Assembly: GCF_006345805.1 (NCBI RefSeq) | Contig: NC_042999.1 | Location: 111,972,001-112,036,000, forward strand | DNA length: 64,000 nt | DNA from: Octopus sinensis | Lineage: Eukaryota | Direction of reading: 5' to 3' | Shown here: positions 12,099-23,733 of the stretch, piece by piece | Layout: each line of letters starts with the position of its first letter | Numbering within the stretch: the first letter of the stretch is position 1 | Made by a program: the position numbers and the translations under genes | Notes under the pieces: generated by a model | Database searches by the model: none | What the model was told of the DNA's origin: nothing | Seen by the model: the letters and a program-made list of their open reading frames with translations, nothing else

Positions 12099-12358
12099 TT
12101 CACTATGTCTAAATATCTGTAGGAACGGTAATGTAGGAATGTTTATGATTATGTCTGCTCCACCAAAGTTCACCTTGGACTATAGAAAAACGGCAAGAAT
12201 AATACTGAAAAACTTTCCTGTATTGACATATTCGATGGGGAATTTACGGAAAAGTATCATCTATAGATTGTTGCTAGTCACAGAAGTAGGTAAGTACGAA
12301 ACAAATACTTGAAAAAAGAAAAAAAAGAAAAGAAAACAGAAATAATACAGAAGCAGAA

Positions 12359-13109
12359 AGAAGGTTTCATAATGGCGGTACAAAGTCAAAGCTTGCTTAA
12401 TAAAAACAACCAGACTAACGTCCTTCAAATCGGTTCTGGCCCTAATTGCAGATTCTACGACACATTAGACGAAACAATAGACCATCTCGTCTCGGGATGT
12501 CCTGTGCTGACACCAAACGAATACAAAAATCATCACATTAGAGTAGGACAGTATTTACATTGGAAAATATGTAAACACTACAAAATCAACACTCCTGCTT
12601 GCTGGTGTGAACATCACTCCGAGCCAGTCGTTGAAGGTAAAAATGTCACTATCCTCTGGGGTTTTCCAGTCAACACTAACAGAACGATCCAGGCTAATCG
12701 ATCGAGTATAATTAGTAAAGAGAAGGAAGATAACACTTGTAGACTAATAAATGTAAGTGTTCTCAATAATAAAATATATCTGTAAAGAAATTTGACAAAT
12801 CAAGTAAAAAAAATAGGGACCTGGATGTTTTATCCTAAAGCGAGAACTGTTCCTAGATAAGATCCCAGGAGAACCATGTCTCAGAGTAATCCAAAAGATT
12901 GTACTGACATGTACTGCTCACATCCCTAGAAAACCCCTATTCATTTAAATGTCTATGTGGTATTACATGAAGATATTTCGCTACTAATCCTGTCACTTCC
13001 CCTCCCCAAGACCTCAGTCAATCTGTAACATCTCTTATCCTTCACTTGTCCCAGTACGCTGGGTGTTTCTCAGCTAGTGGTTGTAACAAACATGCAAATT
13101 AATAGTAAC

Positions 13110-13110
<1 letters not shown>
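12359..13110 (+). mobile_element. Old R4/Dong-clade 3' fragment (CCHC + restriction-like endonuclease remnants) followed by (TAA)n
   Basis: EGFIMAVQSQSL, CRFYDTLDETIDHLVSGCPVL, GQYLHWKICKHY, VTILWGFPVNTNRTIQANR and the terminal TAHI.RK.L. Followed by (AAT)n at ~13110-13140. Confidence 0.85.
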
Positions 13111-13143
<33 letters not shown>

Positions 13144-13220
13144 CAACAACAACTAGCTGGACCCGTGAAAAATTCACGGAAAACAAAAAAAATGTAAGCA
13201 TCTATAAACAGTGTACAGGT

Positions 13221-13395
13221 GCCATGAGAAATGTTTGCATATTATTACCGTCTGTCTTTACGATCTGAGTTCGAATTCTTCCGAGGTCGACTTTACCTTT
13301 CATCCTTTCGGGGTCGATAAATTAAGTACTAGTTGTGTACAGCGGTCGATCTAATCAACTGCATCCGCCCAACAAAAATTTCAGGCCTAGAAAAT
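13221..13395 (+). mobile_element. Major-family SINE, 5'-degenerate
   Basis: GAGTTCGAATTCTTCCGAGGTCGACTTTACCTTTCATCCTTTCGGGGTCGATAAATTAAGTAC. Confidence 0.85.
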
Positions 13396-13554
13396 TATAT
13401 TGTGACATTTACAGAATATAGAAAATAACGTAACACCAATGACTATATAATTCAACCAAAATATCTGTTACACAAACGTAAACAGAATTACTATTTAACC
13501 TTAAAATACATCGTACATATTCAAAGAACCTCCTTGGTTTAGTGGTATTCTTTT

Positions 13555-13760
13555 ATTCATTTACTTGCTTCAGTCATTTGACGTTGGCCAGGCTGGAGCA
13601 CTGCCCTTTAGTCAAAGAAATTGACCCCGGGACTTATTCCCTGTAAGCCTGGTGCTTATTCTATCAGTCTCTTCTGCTGAACAGCTAAATTACAGGGACG
13701 CAAACGCACCAACATCGGTTGTCAAGCAATGGTGGTGTTGGGACAACCACAGACACAAAC
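13555..13760 (-). mobile_element. SINE module (TTTCAGTCATTTGAC family)
   Basis: CTTCAGTCATTTGACGTTGGCCAGGCTGGAGCACTGCC...CATCGGTTGTCAAGCAATG; matches 59092-59250. Confidence 0.75.
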
Positions 13761-13984
13761 ACACACACACACATACACATACATACATACCTATATATGA
13801 GGGCTTGGAGGTAGTGGTGATGCAGACTGTTGTGATTATGACAACTTACGGTTTGTCCTATACTACATATATATATTATATATATATATATATATATTAT
13901 ATATACATATATATACATACATATATATATAATATATATATATGTATAATGTATGTATGTATGTATATATATATATATATATAT

Positions 13985-14036
<52 letters not shown>

Positions 14037-14370
14037 ATATATATATGTATATATATGAATTCTTCTATTTTCATAATATCGAGGACACTGTCATTTTATT
14101 ATTATTGATTAATATATAGAGAGATGTACTTGCATAGCAAGTGACCTGATCTGAGATTGTGTGCTGGAACGAAAACAATTGCAGCGTGGAAGGTGTTTAT
14201 ATATATATATATGTATGTATGTATGTATGCATGTATATGTGTACGTGTGTGTGTGTGTATTATGTATATATATACATACATATATATATGTGTGTGTGTG
14301 TTGTGTTGTGTGTGTGTATGCATATGTATGATGCATATGTGTGCATGTGTGTGTATGTATGTGTATATAT

Positions 14371-14676
14371 CATGTGATCACGTTACCAACTAGTCCATCA
14401 GATGTAGTTACACATCGCTGGTCACAATGCGTTCGCATTGTTTTAGCCTTCGAATGACGCCACCCCGCTGGCTAAGCGAGCAGGCCAACAGCAGAAAGAG
14501 TGGGAGAAAGAGTGGTGAAAAAGTACAGCAGAGATCACCACTCCCTGCCGGAGACTCGTGGAGCCTTTAGGTGTTTTCGCTCAGTAAACACTCACAACGC
14601 CCGGTCTGGGAATCGAAACCGCGATCCTACGACTGCGATTCCGGTGCCCTAACCACTAGGCCATTGCGCCTCCACA
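14371..14676 (-). mobile_element. tRNA-derived SINE with tRNA-Arg-like head (OR1-like)
   Basis: Minus strand TGTGGAGGCGCAATGGCCTAGTGGTTAGGGCACCGGAATCGCAGTCGTAGGATCGCGGTTTCGATTCCCAGACC has clear A and B boxes and a ~230 nt unrelated body. The family name is from memory. Confidence 0.8.
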
Positions 14677-14677
14677 T

Positions 14678-14778
<101 letters not shown>

Positions 14779-14798
14779 TCATATATATATATACATAC

Positions 14799-14832
<34 letters not shown>

Positions 14833-15114
14833 ATATATTATATATGAGATATATATATATATATATAACTACACACACACACACACACACTCTGAAACTC
14901 GAGTCCGTGTGTATCATAAGTTGAAGTCGGGAAGGATGGCTTCCCTTCGCAAATACTGATAGGCACAGAAAGTGTGTCTATAGCCAGCTGGAGGAGGTGT
15001 CCTCCTGGGGCTACAAACTACTGTTCATCCACCTTAGGGGTTAGCCATATTCAAATGGCAAATAACGTCACGATGTGTTGCTGCTACTGTTTATAACTCG
15101 CTCTTGAGATTTAT

Positions 15115-15150
<36 letters not shown>

Positions 15151-15152
<2 letters not shown>

Positions 15153-15487
15153 TTGCAGCGTGGAAGGTGTTTATAAGCCATTTAAGAAACACACAAGCCG
15201 TTCGATTCACTTCAACATTTAAGTTTACTTTGTCAAAATATTTTCGTCGCTAAAATCCGCGACCTGTTCACTGACAAAGTCCGTCCATGCCCACGGACTT
15301 TGTCAGTGAACAGGTCGCGGATTTTAGCGACGAAAATATTTTGACAAATTAAACTTTAATGTTGAAGTGAATCGAACGGCTTTTGTGTGTTTCTTAAATG
15401 GCTTATAACACCTTCAACGCTGCATTGTTTCGTTTCAGCACACGATCTCAGATCAAATTACTTGCTATGCGAGTACATCTCCGTAAG
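15151..15487. mobile_element. Palindromic (inverted-duplicated) Penelope-like terminal repeat between (TA)n tracts
   Basis: Arms 15151-15284 and 15293-15427 are near-perfect reverse complements around an 8 nt loop. Same family at 14120-14198 and 51813-51956. Confidence 0.75.
15299..15348 (+). ncRNA. Minimal type-I hammerhead-like motif with G3:C8 core; mirror copy on the minus strand at 15229-15278
   Basis: [TTTGTCA] GTGAACA G [GTCGC] ggatttta [GCGAC] GAAA ATATTT [TGACAAA]. Stems I and II and GAAA are in canonical positions; the core is GUGAACA instead of CUGANGA. Confidence 0.6.
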
Positions 15488-15523
15488 TATATATATATAT
15501 ATATATATATATCTATATATATA

Positions 15524-15572
<49 letters not shown>

Positions 15573-15849
15573 ATACGTACGAGTATATATGTATGTCTAT
15601 ATACATGTATGGATACTTACGTGTGTATACATCTTCACATATATACATTCTTACTACTACTCACTACTAACCTGTCCTTTTAAGCAACTTATATTCCTAA
15701 TTCTTCATTCTACCTTTACCCCACCTCTCTCTGCTCATCCCTTAAGCTCTATCACAAAATACTTCAGTCCTTTGCTCTTTACACTCTCATCTCTTCCTCT
15801 CTCTCTCTCTCTCTCTCTCTCACCCTGACCTCTACCTTCCTTCTATCAT

Positions 15850-16207
15850 TTTATCTTACGAACACATTCCCAACTTTCAAGTCACTTTAAAAAAAAACCC
15901 TCACTCGAGTAACACCAATTATAAACACCATTGGAACTCACACACAAGGTACAGGAAACATATATACACTATTTTCCTTAAATAATGGAACTGCAGATAC
16001 AATATCATTACGTATCTCACGTCTGTTTTCATTCCTCCACTTCACTCTGCATTTCATATCTTCTCTATAATAACTATTACTTACACATTTTCTCGCACCG
16101 TCTCTGGTGAAGGAATATATAAAATATCTCGGAAACAGCTGTAAGACCGTCTCTATATAAATGTTATGAAAACGTTCACAGCCTTGAATTTTTTTATCTC
16201 ATTCTGT

Positions 16208-16210
<3 letters not shown>
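15850..16210 (+). mobile_element. Penelope-like terminal fragment with a decayed hammerhead at 16100-16147
   Basis: [GTCT] CTGGTGA A ..stem II.. GAAA CAGCTG TA [AGAC], with an A6G change. Ends at (TA)n. Confidence 0.6.
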
Positions 16211-16246
<36 letters not shown>

Positions 16247-16340
16247 CGGGAAGCTTTATGAAAATAGACAAAAGACGAAGGCAGTGGGAAACAAACAAAC
16301 AATTGTATTAGTATGGCGCTCAGGAAATATAAATAACAAG

Positions 16341-16378
16341 TCTTTAACGTTTCGAGCCTACGCTCTTCAACAGAAAGA
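16341..16378 (-). ncRNA. Minimal hammerhead-like motif (A6U variant)
   Basis: [TCTTT] CTGTTGA A [GAGC] GTAG [GCTC] GAAA CGTT [AAAGA]. Confidence 0.6.
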
Positions 16379-17158
16379 TACACAGAGAGAAAAAAAACAC
16401 AGAAAGAAGGAGAGAAAAAAATGCGTGCAGTAACTAACGAATCAACATGGCGATCTGATTTCGGCCAGAGGTCAAAGATCAAACATGAGACGCGAGAGCG
16501 AAATACGGGGAGATAATAGGGTTGATAATAGGGTTGAATGACCAGCTATTAGTGCGTATGAGAGGTCTGGACGTGTGTATGTATAGGGTTCGTGTATGTA
16601 TTGTATGTATTAGTATGTATAAGGGTGTGTGTGTTGTGTGTATGAGAGAGTATTAGTGCGTATGAGAGGTCTGGACGTGTGTATGTATAGGGTGGTGTAT
16701 GTATTAGTATGTATTAGTATGTATTAGTACGTATTAGTATGTATAAGTGTGTGTGTGTGTGTATGAGAGAGTATAAGTGCGTATGAGAGGTCTGGACGTG
16801 TGTATGTATAGGGTGGTGTATGTATTAGTATGTATTAGTATGTATTAGTTTTGTGTATGTTATTGTATGGCACATCATATGATGTGATGTGTAAAGTCGT
16901 GTGGTGTGTGGTGGAGAGAGGAGAAAGGGGGAGGGGGAGGGAGAGGAGGAGGAGGGGAGAAGGAAGGGGGAGGGGGAGGGGAGGAGGAAGGAGGAAAGAA
17001 GGAGAGGGTAGAGAGAAGGGGAGTGAGGGACAGGGGAAGGGAAGAGGGAAGGAGGGAGGGAGAAAGAGGGAAGAAGGGAAGGGGAGTAGGGTGAAAGGAT
17101 GAAGGACTGAAGAAGTAGGGTCGGGGGGAAGGATAGGTGAGGAGGAGGGAGAGGGGGG

Positions 17159-17753
17159 TTAGATGAGGAGGGGAGAGTTGAGACCAAATGGCGTATAAGA
17201 GCGAAGAGGAAGATTAATTCCTGTTCACGGCGCAAACGGGAATCCGATGGCCTCTTGTAAGGACAAACCGAACACAGATAGGTGTTGCAAGGAGTGACCG
17301 GTGAGCGAAATGGCGCGAGACCGGTGTGTCGTTCGCAGGTGGATGTCACGAAGGTGGATGTCCACGAAGGTGTCCGCGAACCGTCAGCCAAGCGGCGTCC
17401 CCGTTTGTCCGATGTACAAGGAATTGGCAGAGAGAGTAAGAGACGCAATAGATAATATTGCTGGAGGTGCAGGTGAAGGAGTGGATGATAGGATAGGGTC
17501 GATGGTGGGTGCTAGTGGTGAGGGTGGTGTTGGAGAGGTAAGGGCAAGTGCGGCAACGTGGGCGGGAGCAGGGAACGAGCCTGGTTGGGAGGTAGGGTCA
17601 GGGAAGGAGCTATGGACCAAAAGGTCTCGAAGGTGTGGGCCTCGTTTGAAAGAGGGAGGGGTCGGTTAGGGAAGATGTGGAGTGGACGGGTCGGACTGGA
17701 GATGACGGAAAGCTCGAAGAATGGTGCGTTGGAGACGTAGGGTCGTGGGGTGG
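17159..17753 (-). pseudogene. PLE linker + GIY-YIG endonuclease, frameshifted
   Basis: Joining frames gives ...LRDLLVHSSF...SLYIGQTG/RRLAD...GHSLQHLSVFGLS...DSRLRREQELIF...GLNSPLLI*, with the stop at 17159-17161. This fits the PLE GIY-YIG pattern YIGQT.R.L..R..EH. Confidence 0.85.
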
Positions 17754-17759
17754 TATGTA

Positions 17760-17801
<42 letters not shown>

Positions 17802-17890
17802 TAGAGAGAGAGAAAGAGAGAGAGAGAGAGATCTGAAAGTACAGTTTTGCAAGTTAGAAATCATATAATCTTTAATACACACACACACCC

Positions 17891-17944
<54 letters not shown>

Positions 17945-18229
17945 CATATATATGCATATGTGTTTGTGTATAAGAATTTATATGTAGGAATGTACACGCA
18001 TGTGTATGGTTGCATGGATATATATATATACTCATAGGTATATGTGTATTGGTATATATATATAATTTAGTATACGTGTATCTATTTCTATATCAGGGTG
18101 TATGTTTAGATATTTATATTCAAATCTATATACGTCTGTGTAAACTAATTATATCATGTTATTTGCGAATATCCAATGTATATTAATTGACGACTCCCCT
18201 GCATTACTAAAGGGGAGTAAGGGAAAGGA

Positions 18230-18570
18230 GGGGAGGGAGGACTTCCTGAAAAGTCCGAAGAGAGCGGATAAGGATTTCCTGGAAAACTCTAAGGAGGGAG
18301 AGGAAGGGGAGGAAAGCCACGGGAGGGGAGGAAGGATTACCTGGAAAGGTTCGAGGAGGGGGTAATTCCTGGAAAATTCCAAGGAGAGGTGGAATAGGAG
18401 GAAGGCAAGGAAGACGACGAAGGAGCGGAGGATGAGGAAGAGAAGGAGGAGAAAGGAGAGGAAAGGGAAAAGGGGAGGAAGGACTTCCTGGAAAAGTCCG
18501 AGGAGGGGTGCGTACTTTCTGGAAAATACCAAGGAGGGGTGAGTGGACTTCCTGGAAAAGTCCGAGGTGG
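18230..18570. repeat. Purine-rich imperfect repeat of the GGACTTCCTGGAAAAGTCC unit (~7 copies)
   Basis: Units near 18239, 18272, 18334, 18362, 18481, 18512 and 18545, separated by GA-rich spacers. Confidence 0.8.
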
Positions 18571-18580
18571 GGTAAGTGTT

Positions 18581-19145
18581 CAACTGGTATTTAGTTTATC
18601 GACTTTGAAATGATGAAAGGCAAAATCAACCTCGGCGGAATTTGAACTCAGAGCCTAGCAGCAGACGAAATACCTATTTCTTTACTACCCACAAGGGGCT
18701 AAACACAGAGAGGACAAACAAGGACAGACAAAGGGATTAAGTCGATTATATCGACCCCAGTTCGTAACTGGTACTTATTTAATCTACCTCGAAAGGCTGA
18801 AAGGCAAAGTCGACCTCGGCGGAATTTGAACTCAGAACGTAGCAGCAGACGATGTACCGTTAAACATTTCGCCAGGCATGCTAACGATTCAGCCAGCTCG
18901 CTGCCTAAATGACAAAAATAGCAATAATAATGGTTTCAAATTTTCCCACAAGAGCAGGCATTTTGTGGGAGGAGATGATTCGATTACATCGACCCCAGTA
19001 TTCAGCTGATACTTATTTCATCGACTCCGAAAGGATGAAAGGCAAAGTTGACCTCGGCAGTATTTGAACTCAGAATGTAGCAACGGGCGGAATACCGGTT
19101 AGCATTTCGCCCAGCGTGCTAATGACTCTGCCAGCTCACCGCCTT
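18581..19145 (-). mobile_element. Major-family SINE cluster: a tail-A dimer (18581-18907) and a tail-B monomer (18935-19145)
   Basis: Three GAATTTGAACTCAGA blocks. Junction GTAGTAAAGAAATAGGTATTTCGTCTGC on the minus strand. Confidence 0.88.
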
Positions 19146-19149
19146 AATC

Positions 19150-19400
19150 ATAATAATAATAATAAGAAGAATAGAAGAAGAGAAGAAGAAGAAGAAGAAG
19201 AAGAAGAAGAAGAAGAAGAAGAGAAGAAGAAGAAGAAGAAAAGAAGAAGAGAAGAAGAAAGAAGAGAAGAAAAGAAGAAGAAGAAGAGAAGAGAAAAGAA
19301 GAATAAGAAGAGAAGAAGAAGAAGAAGAAAGAAAAAGAAGAAGAAGAAGAAGAAGAAGAAGAAGAAGAAGAAGAAGAAGAAGAAGAAAAGAAGAAGAATT
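19150..19400. repeat. (GAA)n-rich polypurine microsatellite
   Basis: About 250 bp of AAG/AAAAG repeats. Confidence 0.95.
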
Positions 19401-20352
19401 TATGAAGTATTTTCGAAGCAAAGGATTCTGAAATAAATTTCGATGATGCAGAAATTTTTAAAAAGCGGCCTAGAAATTGATATCAGGAATTACCAAAGCC
19501 ATTCTGTTAGAAATAAAACAATTAGATCCGAATCTCCTTGAAAAGATTTTAACCAACATCTTTGACATCGTTTGGCCAAAGAGAAGTAACAAAACTAGAT
19601 AGGAAAAAGAAGAATAAAAACGTAGTTGCAAAGTTCGAAAGTATTTAGGATTAAGTTTAGATTTTGTTTAATCTTAGTCTATTAATATTGATTGATTTCA
19701 AATTTTGCACAAGGCCAGCAAATTCGGGAAGGGAGTAATCGATTTCATCGACCCCAGTATTCAAATGGTATTTATTTATTACCCCCAAAGAAGTCGCCTC
19801 GGCAGAATTTGAAATCAGAACGTAAAGACGGACGAAATGCTGCTAAGCCTTTTGCCCGCATGCGAACGATTCTTATTTCTTTATTGCCCACAAGGGGCTA
19901 AACATAGAGGGGGAAACCAAGGACAAACAAAATAATTAAGTCGATTATATCGACCCCGTGCGTAACTGTACTTAATTCGCCGCATGCTAACGGCCTGTCA
20001 GCTCGCCCGCTTTATAGTCCTCTTAATATTAATTTTCAAATTTTAGCACAGGTTAACAAGTTCATGGAAGTGGGTAATCGATTTCATCGACACCAGTAAT
20101 TCAGCTTGTACTTATTTTACTGATCCCCAAGGATGAAAAGCAAAGTCGGCCTCGTCGGAATTTGAACCCAGAACGTAAAGACGAACGAAATGCCGCTGAG
20201 CATTTTGCCCAGCATGCTAGCGATTCTGCCATCTCGCCACCTTGTAGTCTGTTAATATCAATGTGTGTAATGTTTCAAACGACTACGACGACGGTACAGC
20301 TAGAAAGACACAGAAATATAATACGGGCCTGAACACTCGCATTTGCACGAAG

Positions 20353-20452
20353 NNNNNNNNNNNNNNNNNNNNNNNNNNNNNNNNNNNNNNNNNNNNNNNN
20401 NNNNNNNNNNNNNNNNNNNNNNNNNNNNNNNNNNNNNNNNNNNNNNNNNNNN
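20353..20452. other. Assembly gap (100 N) with duplicated flanks 19522-20352 and 20453-21297
   Basis: Run of N. The sequence after the gap repeats the ~830 bp before it. Confidence 0.97.
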
Positions 20453-20627
20453 TTAGATCCGAATCTCCTTGAAAAGATTTTAACCAACATCTTTGACATC
20501 GTTTGGCCAAAGAGAAGTAACAAAACTAGATAGGAAAAAGAAGAATAAAAGAACGTAGTTGCAAAGTTCGAAAGTATTTAAGGATTAAGTTTAGATTTGG
20601 TTTAATCTTAGTCTATTAATATTGATT

Positions 20628-21187
20628 GATTTCAAATTTTGGCACAAGGCCAGCAAATTCGGGGAAGGGAGTAATCGATTTCATCGACCCCAGTATTCAA
20701 ATGGTATTTATTTTATTGACCCCCAAAAGAAGTCGGCCTCGGCAGAATTTGAAATCAGAACGTAAAGACGGACGAAATGCTGCTAAGCCTTTTGCCCAGC
20801 ATGCGAACGATTCTTATTTCTTTATTGCCCACAAGGGGCTAAACATAGAGGGGAAAACCAAGGACAAACAAAATAATTAAGTCGATTATATCGACCCCAG
20901 TGCGTAACTGGTACTTAATTCGCCGCATGCTAACGTTCCTGTCAGCTCGCCGCTTTATAGTCTCTTAATATTAATTTCAAATTTTAGCACAAGGTTAACA
21001 AGTTCAGGGAAGTGGGTAATCGATTTCATCGACACCAGTATTCAGCTTGTACTTATTTTACTGATCCCCCAAAAGGATGAAAAGCAAAGTCGGCCTCGTC
21101 GGAATTTGAACCCAGAACGTAAAGACGAACGAAATGCCGCTGAGCATTTTGCCCAGCATGCTAGCGATTCTGCCAGCTCGCCACCTT
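20628..21187 (-). mobile_element. Major-family SINE cluster including a tail-A junction; artefactual second copy at ~19695-20233
   Basis: Repeated GAATTTGAA(A/C)(T/C)CAGAACGTAAAGACG blocks. Junction GGGCAATAAAGAAATAAGAATCGTT on the minus strand. Confidence 0.85.
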
Positions 21188-21663
21188 GTAGTCTGTTAAT
21201 ATCAATGTGTGTAATGTTTCAAACGACTACGACGACGGTACAGCTAGAAAGACACAGAAATATAATACAGGCCTGAACAACTCGCATTTGCACGAAGGGA
21301 AACTTATACGCTCTTCGCAAGCACATGATTCCAAATTCGATTTCACAGTATGACAGCTTGGGTACGAATGTTCATCCATAGTTTCGGGTCAATCGAAGCC
21401 TTGTGAGTAATGTTTAGTGACAGAAACGTATGGAGGCCTGGCGAATAGACTATCAATGCTTCCATTGGTTGAAAGACGTAGACTGTCGCCTCGTTTAACA
21501 CTGCCTCAATGCATTTGTCGGAATCCAATCTGTTGCAAGAATATGGGACAGGATATTTTTTCTCCTTAACTCTAACCAATCACGGACGCCATATTAAAGG
21601 GTCATTGTGACTTTCAAACAACTCAACACAAACACGCACGCACGCACACACACACATGCTCAC

Positions 21664-21708
<45 letters not shown>

Positions 21709-21849
21709 TTTCGAATTGACTCATGCGAAGTAATTTCTTGGTTGGATATTGTGCAGAAGCTCATCGTATATACATACATACAAATATACATATATACATA
21801 CATACATGTATATATAAATATATGCATATATATATATATATATATAACA

Positions 21850-22695
21850 TTATATAATTAGGGCTTAGTAAAATAAATTACTTTGCCACATACTGAACTT
21901 AGTGAGCTGTCTGGAGTAAACATTATCTGAGAGAAATTTTCTTTAAGTAGTAGAAATGCTAAGAAAATTTTTTTTGGCTGCTATTTCTACTAAGTTCAGT
22001 ATGTGGCAAAGTAATTTATTTTATTAAGCCCTAATTATATAATGTAATATTTTGAATTCGCCTTAAATGGTCCTTTTACATACTGAACACTTGGTGAAAT
22101 TGATTAATTAATTAATTTTACCCTCAATTGTTGATATTATAATTCATTTCTCTCGGTCATACTGCCTCGGTTCTCGCGGTTAAAATATAATGTTTGCTAG
22201 ATAGACCACGTGGGTGGAATGGGGAGTGCAGAATTTTACGCCTGCGCATTTTGAATTTGTTGACACTGTTTAGTTGGAGTGGTTCATCTGAAGCGACAAG
22301 TTCGCTGATAGGTAAAGTTCCTTCTTTTTAGTGTTTCCAAATCCAAATTAAGAAATTTTGAGCTGACGAAAGAAATGCTGATTTTATTTGGCTAATCTTG
22401 AAACGTTGACGTACTCAAACGATCTATGTACTTGTGATATTTTTCTGTATTTACCCCCAAACCTTCGTGAGCTGTCTGGAGTAAACATTATCTGAGAGAA
22501 TTTTCTTTAAGTAGTAGAAATGCTAAGAAAATTTTTTTTGGCTGCTATTTCTACTAAGTTCAGTATGTGGCAAAGTAATTTATTTTACTAAGCCCTAATT
22601 ATATAATGTAATATTTTGAATTCGCCTTAAATGGTCCTTTTACATACTGAACACTTGGTGAAATTGATTAATTAATTAATTTTACCCTCAATTGT

Positions 22696-22699
<4 letters not shown>
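21850..22699. repeat. 54 bp inverted repeat plus a ~235 bp direct repeat
   Basis: Inverted arms at ~21850-21903 and ~21989-22043. Direct copies at 21902-22137 and 22467-22699. Confidence 0.9.
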
Positions 22700-22733
<34 letters not shown>

Positions 22734-23262
22734 TATATATATATACATGTGTGTGTGTGTGCGCGCGCATATGTGCTTGTGTGTACACACATGTATATGT
22801 ATATGTGTGTGTGTGTACGATGTAGTCAAATGTCCTGAAATAATATACATACGCTATAATTATATATTTATGTATTCACATATTTTATTCTTGTTTCTTG
22901 TTTGTTGTTGTCGGTTTTTTTTCCCCGTGAATCTATTCTCTTACAGTAGAGATAATGCTTCTTTCGATACTGTGTTGTTGCATATTGTTATTTTTTGTTT
23001 TGTTTTGTTTTGTTTGTTTGTTTGTTTTTTTCCGTAACACGAATACAATATATACTCTGACTAAAACTACTTGTTTATTTATGAAATTCGATCTCCGCCA
23101 AGTCTGAAAACTTTACCGTTTTACAAATTGTACAACTTCGCATGTTCGTGATTGCTTTTATAGATGAAACGAAATTGGTCCAGGTTGTCAAAGACTTAAT
23201 CATAAAGAAAATATTTAATATCTTCTTAGATGCATTGAAACCTCTAACAGAAATAGTATATA

Positions 23263-23500
<238 letters not shown>

Positions 23501-23696
23501 GATAGATAGATAGATAGATAGATAACGGAATAAGAACGTAACGGACGACAATACATACATACATACATACATACATACATACATACATACACATACATGC
23601 GCGTACACATAAATCCACCAATGCGCGTGTTTTGATTTTATTGAAACTTATATATGTTACTTGTGTTACATATACAGAATGTATCATGTATATACT

Positions 23697-23733
<37 letters not shown>

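Larger units (their letters stand above)
16241..17753 (-). mobile_element. 5'-truncated Penelope-like retroelement flanked on both sides by (TA)n
   Basis: GIY-YIG remnant, a purine/pyrimidine-skewed 3' region with a minisatellite (16540-16850) and a terminal repeat carrying a hammerhead-like motif. Confidence 0.85.

Noticed and set aside
17301-17669. 122 aa plus-strand ORF
   Set aside because: Antisense frame of the Penelope GIY-YIG remnant.
19116-19436. Lys/Glu/Arg-rich ORF
   Set aside because: It is the (GAA)n tract read in frame.
19522-21297. Apparent ~830 bp tandem duplication around the N gap
   Set aside because: The copies end exactly at the gap. The left copy differs mainly by single-base deletions (e.g. 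TTTGCAC vs TTTGGCAC, CCCCGTG vs CCCCAGTG), typical of an unpolished contig end. Best explained as an unmerged overlap.
23075-23240. Non-repetitive stretch open on both strands (..[14 protein letters not shown].. / ..[11 protein letters not shown]..)
   Set aside because: No recognisable domain and no convincing splice sites; it runs into (TA)n. A BLASTX or RNA-seq check could revive it.
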